From the NCBI GenBank assembly GCA_965223845.1, contig CBDCXR010000004.1, positions 2,688,001 to 2,752,000 of the forward strand: DNA of 64,000 nt. Reading direction: 5' to 3'. The stretch's first letter is position 1. Each line of letters opens with the position of its first letter. This DNA is from Planctomycetota bacterium. GTDB taxonomy: Bacteria; Planctomycetota; UBA8108; SXIK01. Of the stretch, positions 48,866-58,495 are shown piece by piece. The notes under the pieces were generated by a model. It was not told the DNA's origin, did not search any database, and saw only the letters and a list, made by a program, of their open reading frames with translations. Made by a program: the position numbers and the translations under genes.

Positions 48866-49828
48866 TCAACGCGCCTCGCGCGAGCGTGAGAACGAGGTCA
48901 CTTCCGGAGCAGGGACGTCCGCGCGACCGCGGGAGGAGCGAAAGTGGTACGCGATCAGCTCGCCGAAGAACCCGAGACTGACGAGTTGAAATCCGAAGAC
49001 GATCAGAACGAGCCCCAGCGCGAGCAACGGGAAGCGGCTCTGGATCGACCCCGTCGCGAGGCGGAGGATCGCGAGGTAGAGCGAGATCGCGAATCCGGCG
49101 AGGCCCATCGCCGTCCCCGTCCCGACGAAGAAGCGGCCCGGGCGAGCTTCGTTTCGGAGGAGAAACACGACGACGACGAGATCGATCAATCCCTGGAAGA
49201 TGCGCTCTTTCCCGTAGCGCGATACGCCGTGCTCCCGCGGTCGGTGCTCGATGGCGACCTCGGTCGTTCGGAACCCGCGCCAGTGGGCGAGGAGGGGTAC
49301 GAAGCGATGAAATCCGACGGTGAGGTGAAGCGCGTCGAGGACTTCGCGACGGAACACCTTGAGGCCGCAGTTCATGTCCCGGACGCGGACGCCGCCGAGC
49401 CAACGCGCGACTCGGTTGAAGCAACGCGAGCCGAAAACTTTGAGAAACGGATCCCGGCGCCGGTGGCGCCAACCACCGACGAGGTCGTAGCCGTCGTTCA
49501 GCTTTTCGACGAGGCGCGGAATGTCCTCCGGGCTCTCTTGCAGATCTGCGTCGATCGTGGCGACGAGCTCGCCGCTGGCTCGAGAGAGTCCGGCGGCGAG
49601 CGCGACACTCTTCCCGACGTTCCGCGCGAACGTGATCACGATCGTCCCCTCGTCGGCGGCGGCGAGCGAGGAAAGTACTTCCGCCGTCCCGTCGGTGCTC
49701 CCGTCGTCGACGAACACGAGCTCGCTCCCGGCCGGAAGCGCCGCCCGCAGTCGCCGGTGGAGCTCGGCGAGCGAACGCTCTTCGTTCAGGACGGAGACCA
49801 CGACGGTCAGCGGCGGGGTAGGACTCAT
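48866..49828 (-). CDS. Glycosyltransferase family 2, polyprenol-phosphate glycosyltransferase (DPM1/ArnC/GtrB-like)
   Basis: VLNEE, VDDGSTDGT, RNVGKS, DADLQ, HRFVP, R..GVSRYG, two C-terminal TM helices. Confidence 0.92.
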   Translation of the reverse strand: MSPTPPLTVVVSVLNEERSLAELHRRLRAALPAGSELVFVDDGSTDGTAEVLSSLAAADEGTIVITFARNVGKSVALAAGLSRASGELVATIDADLQESPEDIPRLVEKLNDGYDLVGGWRHRRRDPFLKVFGSRCFNRVARWLGGVRVRDMNCGLKVFRREVLDALHLTVGFHRFVPLLAHWRGFRTTEVAIEHRPREHGVSRYGKERIFQGLIDLVVVVFLLRNEARPGRFFVGTGTAMGLAGFAISLYLAILRLATGSIQSRFPLLALGLVLIVFGFQLVSLGFFGELIAYHFRSSRGRADVPAPEVTSFSRSREAR

Positions 49829-50080
49829 GGAGTGAAACGAACCTTCGTTCGGGCTGCGCGGAGAAGAATTCGCGCGGGACCGGGGCGACCTCCTCGTTTC
49901 ACCCGTGCGAGAAGACGACGAGCCTGGCCAAGGATCGGCTCGACGCCGGAGAGAGCGGCGTCGCGAAGCGCACCACCAGCGATTCTGAATGAATCGTCGA
50001 GGATTCGCGACGAAGAGGCCGACCGAGAGATCTTGAACAGGCTCCTAGGACCGAGCCGCGCCTCCTCAATTCTTCGGGCG

Positions 50081-50806
50081 TCAAACCTCGATCCCGTACT
50101 CCTGCTTGAGGAAGTCGAGCAAGTCCCAGAAGTTCTGCGCCTCGCAGGCCGGCTGACTTTCGCTCTCCTGGTCAGCGTACTTCCCGCGTCGCATCCGCAC
50201 CGTCACCATTCCGATGGAGTTCGGCGGATCGATGTCGTTTATCGGATTGTCGCCGACGTACATGGTCTCGGTAGGCCGCAGATTGAGGTCACTGCAGGCG
50301 CGCTGGTAGATCTTCGGATTCGGCTTCGAGATGCCGAGCTGGTTCGATATGAAGATTGCGTTCGGCGCGATGTAGGGATGGAGGCGCATGCGGACGAGCT
50401 TCTCCGCCTGCTTCACGGCCAGTCCCTCAGTGATGATGCCGAGGGTGAGGTCGTCTTTCTTGGCGAGCAGACGAAAGACCTCGAACGCGTCCTCGAACGG
50501 CGCCAGGTAGCGCATCTTCGTTTCGTGGTACGCGATGACCCCGGCGGCGATGAGGACGGCGATGTTCTTTCCGCGGTAGTGGCGACGGGGAATCCGTGCG
50601 AGCAGCTTGTCGAAGTGCTGCTCGTAGTTCGACGAAAACTCGTGGATCACCTCGTCGAGCTCCTCGAGGAGGAGCTTCTTGTCGACATCGAGGCCGGCTT
50701 CGATCATCGCGTCGAGCGCAGCCGACCGAGCCCGCTCCGAGAACTCGGTGGTCGAGTAGAGCGTGTCGTCGATATCGAAGAAGATTCCTTTGAGCGAAGC
50801 GGGCAT
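50081..50806 (-). CDS. HAD-superfamily hydrolase (TIGR02253-like)
   Basis: FFDIDDTLY (motif I), IITEG..KQAEKL, SKPNPKI, YVGDNPINDI. Confidence 0.88.
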   Translation of the reverse strand: MPASLKGIFFDIDDTLYSTTEFSERARSAALDAMIEAGLDVDKKLLLEELDEVIHEFSSNYEQHFDKLLARIPRRHYRGKNIAVLIAAGVIAYHETKMRYLAPFEDAFEVFRLLAKKDDLTLGIITEGLAVKQAEKLVRMRLHPYIAPNAIFISNQLGISKPNPKIYQRACSDLNLRPTETMYVGDNPINDIDPPNSIGMVTVRMRRGKYADQESESQPACEAQNFWDLLDFLKQEYGIEV

Positions 50807-50939
50807 GCTCCGAGCTTCTCCCGGTCGTCTACGCGCTGCCTCGCCTCCGCCGGCGGATGCGAACGGCTCCGGAATCATATCGGCACAACCGAGATTTCTC
50901 AGCAGCCGAGCGAGCGCGAGCTCGAGCCGCTGCGACGAC

Positions 50940-52394
50940 TCACCGCGACGGCGGCAGCGTCCGCTCCCAGCGTTCGAGGGACGCGATCCGCTCCCGGAGC
51001 TCCTCGGCCCGCGTCGTCGCGAGATCGTCCGTCTCGCTCGGGTCCGCATCGAGATCGTAGAGCTCGTAAGTGCGGTCCGGCCGGCGGACGAGCTTGTACC
51101 GCTCGCCCACGAGCGCGGCCCAGCGGCCGTGCCGGAACGGAATCGATCGCGCGCGAGACGAGATCTCACCGTCGATGAGCGGAAGAAGATCGACCCCGTC
51201 GAAGCTCTCGGCGGGAACGCCGCGAAAGCCGACCGCGGCGGCGATGGTCGGGAAGAAGTCGCTCGTTCCGCACGGCACCGTCGTCACGCGGGGGGCGCGA
51301 ATCCGCTCGGGCCAGATGAGAAGGCCCGGAACCCGAACCCCGCCCTCGTAGAGGCTCCGCTTTCTCGCGCGAAGGCCGCCCGTCGTTCCCGGCGTGCGGT
51401 TCTCCGGTCCGTTGTCCGAGCAGAACCAGAGCATCGTATTTCGAGCGACACCGAGCTCGTCGAGACGGCGGCGCAGCCGACCGATCTGGTCATCCATCGC
51501 CGTGATCGCCCCGAAGTAGTGCTGCTCATCCGTCGACAGCCCAGAGTAGAGCTCGAGGTACTTCCCGCCGGCGACGACCGGAAGATGCGGCGTGTGAAAC
51601 CACACCACCGCGAGGAACGGCTTCCCCGCGGCGACCGCGCCCTCGATGAACGGAACCGCGCGATCGACGATGACGCGAGAGTCGTCGCCGCGGACATTGT
51701 CGGTCGCTTGGATCTCGGGTCCCGTCCAGAACCGCGTGCCGTACGGAGACCCAGGCGCGAGTCCCTTCGCACCGGCGCGGGGATGGCAACCCTCCGCGGG
51801 GACGACGAGGGGATCCCAGGTCGGGACCTTGGACTCGGTCGCGAACGACACATCGAAACCGTGCTCCCACGGCGGGGCGTAGACGCGCTCCGAACCGGGT
51901 CCGCCGCGATTGGCGTCTTTCACCTTCGTCGTGAGCGTTCCGAGGTGCCATTTGCCGAAGAAGCCCGTCGCGTAGCCGAGGCTGCCGAGCGCCTCGCCGA
52001 GAGTGACCTCGCGGTCCGGCATCCGCCCCGCGTTCGCACCCGGGATCCCGAGCCGGAGCGGATGCCTTCCGGTGAGCGCACTGCCGCGCGTCGGACTGCA
52101 CACCGGAGCGGCGGAGTAGAACCGCTCGAAGCGGAGACCCTCGCGCGCCATACGGTCGAGGTGCGGAGTCTTCAGTTTCGGGTGGCCGCGGAAACCGACG
52201 TCTCCCCAGCCCTGATCGTCGCTCATGAGGAGAATCACGTTCGGACGCGCGGAAGCGCGGGGCGCGGCGGAGCTCTCGGCGGGCTCTTCCGCGCCGGCAG
52301 ACGCGCCCAAGAGTATCACCGCGACCGCGACGGTCGACCGGACCATCCGTCGCGACCTGAAACTCAAAGCGGCAGCTTTCGGCGAATCGTTCAT
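50940..52394 (-). CDS. Exported Cys-type sulfatase
   Basis: RPNVILLMSDDQG, CSPTRGSALTG (FGly motif), GKWHLG, PHLP, SDNG, ELYDLDADPSE. Start uncertain. Confidence 0.93.
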   Translation of the reverse strand: MNDSPKAAALSFRSRRMVRSTVAVAVILLGASAGAEEPAESSAAPRASARPNVILLMSDDQGWGDVGFRGHPKLKTPHLDRMAREGLRFERFYSAAPVCSPTRGSALTGRHPLRLGIPGANAGRMPDREVTLGEALGSLGYATGFFGKWHLGTLTTKVKDANRGGPGSERVYAPPWEHGFDVSFATESKVPTWDPLVVPAEGCHPRAGAKGLAPGSPYGTRFWTGPEIQATDNVRGDDSRVIVDRAVPFIEGAVAAGKPFLAVVWFHTPHLPVVAGGKYLELYSGLSTDEQHYFGAITAMDDQIGRLRRRLDELGVARNTMLWFCSDNGPENRTPGTTGGLRARKRSLYEGGVRVPGLLIWPERIRAPRVTTVPCGTSDFFPTIAAAVGFRGVPAESFDGVDLLPLIDGEISSRARSIPFRHGRWAALVGERYKLVRRPDRTYELYDLDADPSETDDLATTRAEELRERIASLERWERTLPPSR

Positions 52395-52524
52395 TCCGCT
52401 ATCGACTCTCGCCGATGTCGACTCCATCCATCAAGAGACGATCGCGGTCCCGAAACGACGCGACCCCGCGCACTCGCTCGGAGCGCGCGGGGTCGTGTCT
52501 GATGGAACGGCGCAGGAGATCGAC

Positions 52525-55245
52525 TCAGTCGGCCGGATTGAAGATCTGCGTCTCCTGGTGACGGAGATCGACGATGCGCGCGGTCACGAGGATCACGAGG
52601 CTCCGCTTGTCGGAGAACGTCGCCTTCCGGCGGAAGAGGTTGCCGATGATCGGAATGTTTCCGAGGATCGGAATGTACGACTTCATCTTGCCTTCGTCGA
52701 GGCTCTTGAAGCCGCCGAGCATCACCGTACCGCCGTTCGGCACCGTCACCGACGTGAACGACTGCTGGAGCTTGATCTCGGGGATTCCGATCGGCACCTG
52801 GAACGCGACGTTCGTGAAGCTTCCGAGGCTGATGTTGATCGTGCTGATCACACCGCCGATCAGGGTCGCGAGCGTCGGCCGGACGTCCATCGTGACGTAC
52901 TTCTTGTCGTGCGAGATCACCGGCTCGACGTCGAGGATCACACCCTCCTGAAAGGTCTGCACGACCGGGTCGGCGACCTCGATGATCGCGAAGCCGGTAC
53001 CACCGGACACGAGCTCGTAGTCGGCAATGTACGCACGCTGCGTGATCACCGAGACGTACACGCGCTGGCCGTTCGCCGCGGTGATGATCGGCGCGGTGAG
53101 GGTCCGCACGTCCGCGCGCTCCTGGACGGCGCGGAGAATGGTGTTGATCTGGAACGGCTCGAGCCACGTCTGCTGGACCGTCAGGCCGCCGACGCCGCCG
53201 CCCGCATTGAGCGCGCCGTTCTGGCGGAAGCTGCCGGTGAAGCTGTCGATGATGTGCTGCACGCGGCCGGCCCACCGATCCTGTCCCATGATCAGGGTGA
53301 CGTCGCGCGTCGGGCTTCCTTGCTTGACGAAACCGAGATCTTGACCACCCGTGCGCGCGTCGTTGACGACGTTTCCGAAGGGGACACCGTAGTTGTTCAC
53401 GACACCGAGGGCGCGGGAGTCGATCCCGATGTCCTCGAGGAAGTTGTCGTCGATCTCGATGAACCGCGCCTCGATCACGACGAAGAGGTCCGAGTCCTTC
53501 CGAAGGTTCTCGAGGACGGTCTCGATGCGCGAGTGCATGTCGAGAGTTCCGGTCACGAGGAGGTTCCCCGTGTGGTACTCCATCGTGTTCACTTCGCCCC
53601 ACTCGTCGTCGCCGCCGGTACTCTCTCGGATGAGATCCTGGAGCTGATCGGGATCGAGCTCCGAACCTTCCTCCTCGGACTCCGCGATGAACGAGATCGC
53701 CTCGCCGCTGTCCTGATCGTTCGGTCCGCGAAGGATCAGCTCGGGGCCGGTGAAGTCGCGGATCTTATTGAGGATGTCCGAGACGTTGTAAATCCGGAAC
53801 GTCGTGTCACCCGCGACCGGGCTGTCCGCCGGAGTGATGTAGAGGACGTTGTCGCGGAACGTGTACGCGAGTCCGGCTCGGTCGAGGAGCAGGTTGAGCG
53901 CTTCGCGCGCCGACAGCCCTTGAACCTCGAGGGAGACGTTCGTTTCGTCGAGGCCGACGTCCGGATGGACGCCGATGTTGATCCCGAGGAGATCGCGAAT
54001 CTGGTTCACCACCTCGCCGAGCGGCTCGTCGTCAAACGAGAAGTCGACCTTTTGATCGTTGAGGACCGCCTTGATCCGCGTGATCTCTTCGGACTCCTCG
54101 AACGTGTCGAACTGGAGATCCTTGATCCGCTGCCGCGCGCGGTGCCAGTCCTCTTCGCCCGGGAACACGAACACGTTGTCGTACGGAATCCCGGCAGTCT
54201 TGAACGCCTGGTCGAGGAGCTCGCGATTGCTCAAGCGGTCCTCGATCAACTTCTGCCGGCGCTGCTTCAGCAGCTGATCGTGCGCATCGGCACGCCAGAA
54301 TTGGGCGATCCGGTTGCCGGGATCGAGCTCGAGGATTCGATCGCAGGCTTCGATCGCCTTTCGGTACTGGCGATTCGCGATCAGAGCGTGCGATTTTCTG
54401 AGCAGGATCTGCACGCGGTCGCGGCGGATGCGCTCGGTCCTCTCGAGCTCTTGCAGCGCGGCGTCTTCGGCCGCTGCGAGCTCGGAGGTGCGTCGCTCGT
54501 CGTCCTTCCGCGCGCGCTCGCGCCGCACCGTCTCGAGGAAGTTGCGTGCGCTCCGCGCCGAGCTCGCGTCGAAGTCCGGCATCCGGTCGATGGCGTTCAC
54601 CGCGAGCGCCGTGAGGCGCTCCGCCTCCTCGACATCGCCGGCGTCGAACGCGGCCCGCGCTCGCTCGAGATTGTTGCTGATCTGGGCGCGCTGCTGATCG
54701 TCGCGGACGCGTTCCTTTCGGCGGATGTCGTCGCTCACGGCCCCGATGGTGCCGGTGCGCTCACCGGTGAAAAGAAGCGCTTCGTTGAGACGGGAACGAG
54801 CTCCTTCGAGGCTCGGGTCGAGGTCGAGCGCGCGGCGGTAGTGCTCCGCTGCCTTCTCGTACTCGAGCCGCTCGAAGAATCCGTCGCCGACTTCGGCGAG
54901 GACGCGCGCTTCCTGGCGCCGAATCGAGAGCTGCTCGCGCAGGTCGTCGAGGACGGCTTCGGTCCCCGTCGCGCGCGCCCGCGGTGCCGGCGAGTCTTCG
55001 AGAGCGACTTCCGGCTCGTCGTCGAGCTCGGGAAGTTCCGGCTCGTCGGACGGAGCGGCCGCCTCGACGGATTCATCGGCCGTTTCGCGGTCCTGTCCGC
55101 CCGTCAGGGACATCTGGCGCTGCGCCTTCAGGCGGCGGTCGCGGATCGAGTCGGAGCTGCCGCAACCGACCGCGAGGAAGATCACCGCGAGGAGGCTAAG
55201 CCCCAACGCGGTTCCTCGTTCGGCTCTGAGTTTCTGCGTCCTCAT
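52525..55245 (-). CDS. Lipoprotein secretin with N-terminal TPR/coiled-coil region and STN-like domain
   Basis: AAGGAG RBS; lipobox LAVGC; TPRs (AAEHYRRALDLDP, ACDRILELDP); VVIEARFIEI, TAPIITAANGQ, GVILDVEP, TSVTVPNGGTVMLGG, IPILGNIPIIGNLF..LVILVTARIV (secretin C-domain). Confidence 0.9.
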   Translation of the reverse strand: MRTQKLRAERGTALGLSLLAVIFLAVGCGSSDSIRDRRLKAQRQMSLTGGQDRETADESVEAAAPSDEPELPELDDEPEVALEDSPAPRARATGTEAVLDDLREQLSIRRQEARVLAEVGDGFFERLEYEKAAEHYRRALDLDPSLEGARSRLNEALLFTGERTGTIGAVSDDIRRKERVRDDQQRAQISNNLERARAAFDAGDVEEAERLTALAVNAIDRMPDFDASSARSARNFLETVRRERARKDDERRTSELAAAEDAALQELERTERIRRDRVQILLRKSHALIANRQYRKAIEACDRILELDPGNRIAQFWRADAHDQLLKQRRQKLIEDRLSNRELLDQAFKTAGIPYDNVFVFPGEEDWHRARQRIKDLQFDTFEESEEITRIKAVLNDQKVDFSFDDEPLGEVVNQIRDLLGINIGVHPDVGLDETNVSLEVQGLSAREALNLLLDRAGLAYTFRDNVLYITPADSPVAGDTTFRIYNVSDILNKIRDFTGPELILRGPNDQDSGEAISFIAESEEEGSELDPDQLQDLIRESTGGDDEWGEVNTMEYHTGNLLVTGTLDMHSRIETVLENLRKDSDLFVVIEARFIEIDDNFLEDIGIDSRALGVVNNYGVPFGNVVNDARTGGQDLGFVKQGSPTRDVTLIMGQDRWAGRVQHIIDSFTGSFRQNGALNAGGGVGGLTVQQTWLEPFQINTILRAVQERADVRTLTAPIITAANGQRVYVSVITQRAYIADYELVSGGTGFAIIEVADPVVQTFQEGVILDVEPVISHDKKYVTMDVRPTLATLIGGVISTINISLGSFTNVAFQVPIGIPEIKLQQSFTSVTVPNGGTVMLGGFKSLDEGKMKSYIPILGNIPIIGNLFRRKATFSDKRSLVILVTARIVDLRHQETQIFNPAD

Positions 55246-55309
55246 GAGAGGTCTCCTTTGGGGTGGCTCGAGCCCGATCGTTCGCGGGCCTCTCGCGCCA
55301 CCGTTCGGT

Positions 55310-55338
55310 GGGATAAAAATCTAAGCGTTGCTGCGCAA
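55310..55338 (-). promoter_or_regulatory. Possible internal sigma-70-like promoter for the downstream secretin
   Basis: AT-rich patch with TTGCGC-N17-TATCCC on the minus strand. Confidence 0.25.
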
Positions 55339-55379
55339 AAACGTGATTCTCTTCGAATGGATACTTTGGAGCCGCCCCT

Positions 55380-55976
55380 TCAGGTGTCGTAGTCGTGCTC
55401 TTCAGCCGTCAGCGACACATCGCTGATCCCGAGGCGCTTGCAGATGTCGAGGATGTTGACAACCGACTGCCACGGCACTTGATTCTCGAAGTTGATCTCG
55501 ACCGGGAGCCCCTTGTCGCTCGCACCGGCACTCTCGAAGCGCTGGTGGCGGTACTGGAGGTACTGCTCGACCTCGCGGAAGTCCGGCGACGCGTAGTCGT
55601 AGCGAACAATGCCGCCCTCCGTCGCGTTCTCCATGCGCGTCTCGGTATGCCAGGAACCGTCGGTCAGCTGCTTCGCGTTGGGATCGAACGGGAAGGTGAA
55701 CTGCTGCCGCGTGTCCCCGTTCATCTGGTAGTTGAGCGTCGTGCAAAGCACCTTTCCGGCTTTGTCCCAAGCGAGGTAGAAGGCCACCTGATCCGAAAGC
55801 ACGGGAGGTGGTCCACTCGAGACACCGCGATCCTTGGGAAGATAGGCCTGGAGCTGCCCCTCGAACGCGATGAACTTCGCCGTGAGGACGAAGAAGATGA
55901 GAAGCTGGAAGATGATGTCGATCATCGGCGTCAGGTCCGGCTTCTGATCTTCCGTCGAACGCTCTCGAAGCTTCAT
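55380..55976 (-). CDS. exbD: ExbD/TolR family protein with an enlarged periplasmic domain
   Basis: PDLTPMIDIIFQLLIFF (conserved TM Asp); C-terminal VPWQSVVNILDICKRLGI. Confidence 0.88.
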   Translation of the reverse strand: MKLRERSTEDQKPDLTPMIDIIFQLLIFFVLTAKFIAFEGQLQAYLPKDRGVSSGPPPVLSDQVAFYLAWDKAGKVLCTTLNYQMNGDTRQQFTFPFDPNAKQLTDGSWHTETRMENATEGGIVRYDYASPDFREVEQYLQYRHQRFESAGASDKGLPVEINFENQVPWQSVVNILDICKRLGISDVSLTAEEHDYDT

Positions 55977-56058
55977 GAGAACCTCCCGTGGACGCGCTCT
56001 TCTCTCGCCACTCGCGGCGTTCTAGTTTCTCGTTTCATTGCAATCACTGTACCGCCCC

Positions 56059-56574
56059 TCACTCCGGGTCGATCGACGCGACAATCACGCGGTAGATCCC
56101 CGCCTGCCCGCACGCCCAAAACACGTCGCGCGTGAATTCCGCGCGGACGCCGCGGTCGCCGCGGACGAGCACTTTCAGCTTGGAGAGTTTCTTGCCGCTC
56201 GGCCCCGGCTCGAAGCCGTTTCCGCGACCGGCCGGGGGAGGTTCGCGGTCGTACCGCGCCTCCTCCTTCAGCCGAGCGAGGAGCTCTTCTTTCTTCAGCG
56301 TCTCGCCCCCGAACCGGATCAGCCCGGCCCGCTCTCCCCGGTCCTTCGCGAGGCCCTCGGGGTCGCGGACGATGTTGATGATGAGCGGGGCGGACGTCGC
56401 ACCGCCGCCCTCCTGCTGCTCCTCACCCTCGAGCGCCACCGGCAACTCGACCTCTTCCACCTGGACCGTGATCTTGGTCGTCAGGATGAAAAAGAGGATG
56501 AGGAGGAACACGCAATCGATGAGCGGCGTCATGTCGGGCGTCGCTCGCTCGGGTTCTCGTGTTCGCAGCTTCAC
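56059..56574 (-). CDS. exbD: ExbD/TolR family protein
   Basis: PDMTPLIDCVFLLILFF, VELPVA, VLVRGD..ACGQAGI. Confidence 0.9.
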   Translation of the reverse strand: MKLRTREPERATPDMTPLIDCVFLLILFFILTTKITVQVEEVELPVALEGEEQQEGGGATSAPLIINIVRDPEGLAKDRGERAGLIRFGGETLKKEELLARLKEEARYDREPPPAGRGNGFEPGPSGKKLSKLKVLVRGDRGVRAEFTRDVFWACGQAGIYRVIVASIDPE

Positions 56575-56608
56575 GGTTCGTTCCTCTCCGTTTCGAATGA
56601 GGTCGGTC

Positions 56609-57382
56609 TCAGGATGACTTGAACCTTCCGACGATCTCTTCGGCGATCCCGCCCACCTCGAGGACGACGTGGACGACGCGGTTCTTGAAGACCGTGTAGA
56701 GAACGGTCATCGGAATCGCGACCAGAAGCCCGAGGAACGTTGTCACGAGCGCGGTCGAGATACCGCTCGCGAGCTCGTTCGGCTTCGGCTGGACTTCCGC
56801 GCCGGCGATCGTGTTGAACGTCAGGATCATTCCGTAGACGGTACCGAAGAGGCCGAGCATCGGGGAGACGGCCGCGATCAGAGCGAGGTAGCCCACCTTT
56901 TGGTGGAGCTTCGTCGTCTCGAGCTCGCCGGCCTCTTCCATCGCCCGCTGCATCTCCTCGTAGCCGTCGTCGACTCGCTCGAGGCCCGACGCGAGGATGG
57001 CCGAGAGGAAGGAAGGATTGGCCTCGCAGACGTGGAACGCCTCGTCGTGCTCGCCGTCGTCGAGAAGCCCTTCGACCTGCTCGAGGACGTCGGGTGGGAT
57101 CAGAGCGTCGCGCTTGATCTGAAACGCGAACGTGATCGCGAGCGAGAACCCGACCACCGAACAAATCAGGATAATGAATCCGATCACGCCACCGTCGGTG
57201 ACGTAGGTGAGGGCGCTCTTCGTCGGCGCCGCGGTCTCCTGCGCGAATACGGTGTCACCGCCCGCGACGAACCAAAAGAGCGCCACGGCGGCGATCGAGC
57301 ACAAAAACGCGCACACCATTCGGCGCGCTCCGATCCCGCCGCGCCCGAGAATGGGCGTGTCGGCGATCCATTTCCGCTGCAT
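56609..57382 (-). CDS. exbB: MotA/TolQ/ExbB proton channel protein
   Basis: SPMLGLFGTVYGMI and LASGISTALVTTFLGLLVAIP; GAGGAG RBS before ATG at 57382. Confidence 0.93.
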   Translation of the reverse strand: MQRKWIADTPILGRGGIGARRMVCAFLCSIAAVALFWFVAGGDTVFAQETAAPTKSALTYVTDGGVIGFIILICSVVGFSLAITFAFQIKRDALIPPDVLEQVEGLLDDGEHDEAFHVCEANPSFLSAILASGLERVDDGYEEMQRAMEEAGELETTKLHQKVGYLALIAAVSPMLGLFGTVYGMILTFNTIAGAEVQPKPNELASGISTALVTTFLGLLVAIPMTVLYTVFKNRVVHVVLEVGGIAEEIVGRFKSS

Positions 57383-57439
57383 ATCTGAACTCCTCGTCGA
57401 TCTCTCTGAATTCACGGCCGGCTCAAACCAAGGTTGCAG

Positions 57440-58495
57440 TCAACTCTCATTGCCACGGGCGCGCGCTGCCCACTCCGACGCGCGATCCTTGTTGCCGAGG
57501 CTTTCGTACACTTTGGCCAGCGCTGCTGCCGTTCGGCGCTGGATCGGCCATTCCTTCGGGTAGAGCGCGGCGACGCGCAAAAACCAAATTTCTGCCTTTT
57601 GAAGATTCTCTCGGCCCCCGAGCCCGATGTGCGCCCGACCGACGAGGTAGGTCGCTTCGGCTCGGTGACTGTCGTAACGAAACTCGCGCACGCGCGAGGA
57701 ATCGAAGAACACGGAGTCGAGCTCCTTGATCGCGCGGTCGAACTGCTTTCGCGCGATGAAAATCCGACTGCGAAGAGTGTAGGCTTCGTGCCGGAGAGCG
57801 AACGGGATCGAACGATCGCGGGTAACGTTGTTCAGCGCCCGCGTCGCCGCTTCGTACTGTCCCTCCGCCTTCGACTCGATCGCCGCGCGGGCGCGGCCGA
57901 TCACGGCGCGCGACCCCCACTGGCCGCCGAACTGCTCGAGCGATTTGAAGGTCGTCGCGGCGGCGGAGCCATCGCCGAGAGCGGTCTGGGCGAGCCCGAG
58001 CTCGTAGACGGCACTCGGGAGCCACCAGTCCTTTTCGGCCTCCGCCGCTTGAACGTACTTTTGCAGCTGCGTTACGGCTTCGTTGTGCTTCCCCGCCTCG
58101 GCGAGTGCACGTCCGAGAAGGTACGACGCCTCGAGCTTCTCCCAGTTCTGGCCCCCGCTCGACACGCGCTCGAGCCGTCGCACGGCGTCGGCGTACCGCC
58201 CCGCGGTGAGCGACTTCCGTGCTTCGGACAGATCGCGACTCTGGGCCGCGCGAGTGATCGACGCGACGGTCGCGCCCTTCACGCTCTGCACACTCTTTGA
58301 CCGTCCCTGCCGGAACTGAATCGTGTCCCACTGCGCGCGGACGATCTCCACGTCGTCCAGCGTCTGGCCGTTGAGCTGCTCGATCGTGTCGGCGCGCGCG
58401 CTGACGGCAGCGACCCCGGCGACGATCAACGCTGCGGCGGCGCAGCGGCGAAACCGACCCATCGTGCTTCGGTAATCCATCGTCCTCGAACTCAT
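57440..58495 (-). CDS. Exported TPR protein
   Basis: Signal peptide ending ARA-D, short beta-rich N-domain, multiple TPRs (ASYLLGRAL, AVYELGLAQ, ATYLVGRAH), FLRVAALYP; 4-bp overlap with the upstream gene. Confidence 0.8.
   Translation of the reverse strand: MSSRTMDYRSTMGRFRRCAAAALIVAGVAAVSARADTIEQLNGQTLDDVEIVRAQWDTIQFRQGRSKSVQSVKGATVASITRAAQSRDLSEARKSLTAGRYADAVRRLERVSSGGQNWEKLEASYLLGRALAEAGKHNEAVTQLQKYVQAAEAEKDWWLPSAVYELGLAQTALGDGSAAATTFKSLEQFGGQWGSRAVIGRARAAIESKAEGQYEAATRALNNVTRDRSIPFALRHEAYTLRSRIFIARKQFDRAIKELDSVFFDSSRVREFRYDSHRAEATYLVGRAHIGLGGRENLQKAEIWFLRVAALYPKEWPIQRRTAAALAKVYESLGNKDRASEWAARARGNES

Noticed and set aside
41343-52502. Long plus-strand ORFs (766, 744 and 579 aa) and alternative-frame minus ORFs (765 and 740 aa)
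   Set aside because: They overlap well-supported minus-strand genes and have low-complexity Arg/Ala/Pro translations.
52225-55392. 1055-aa plus-strand ORF
   Set aside because: Antisense mirror of the secretin gene with no independent protein features.
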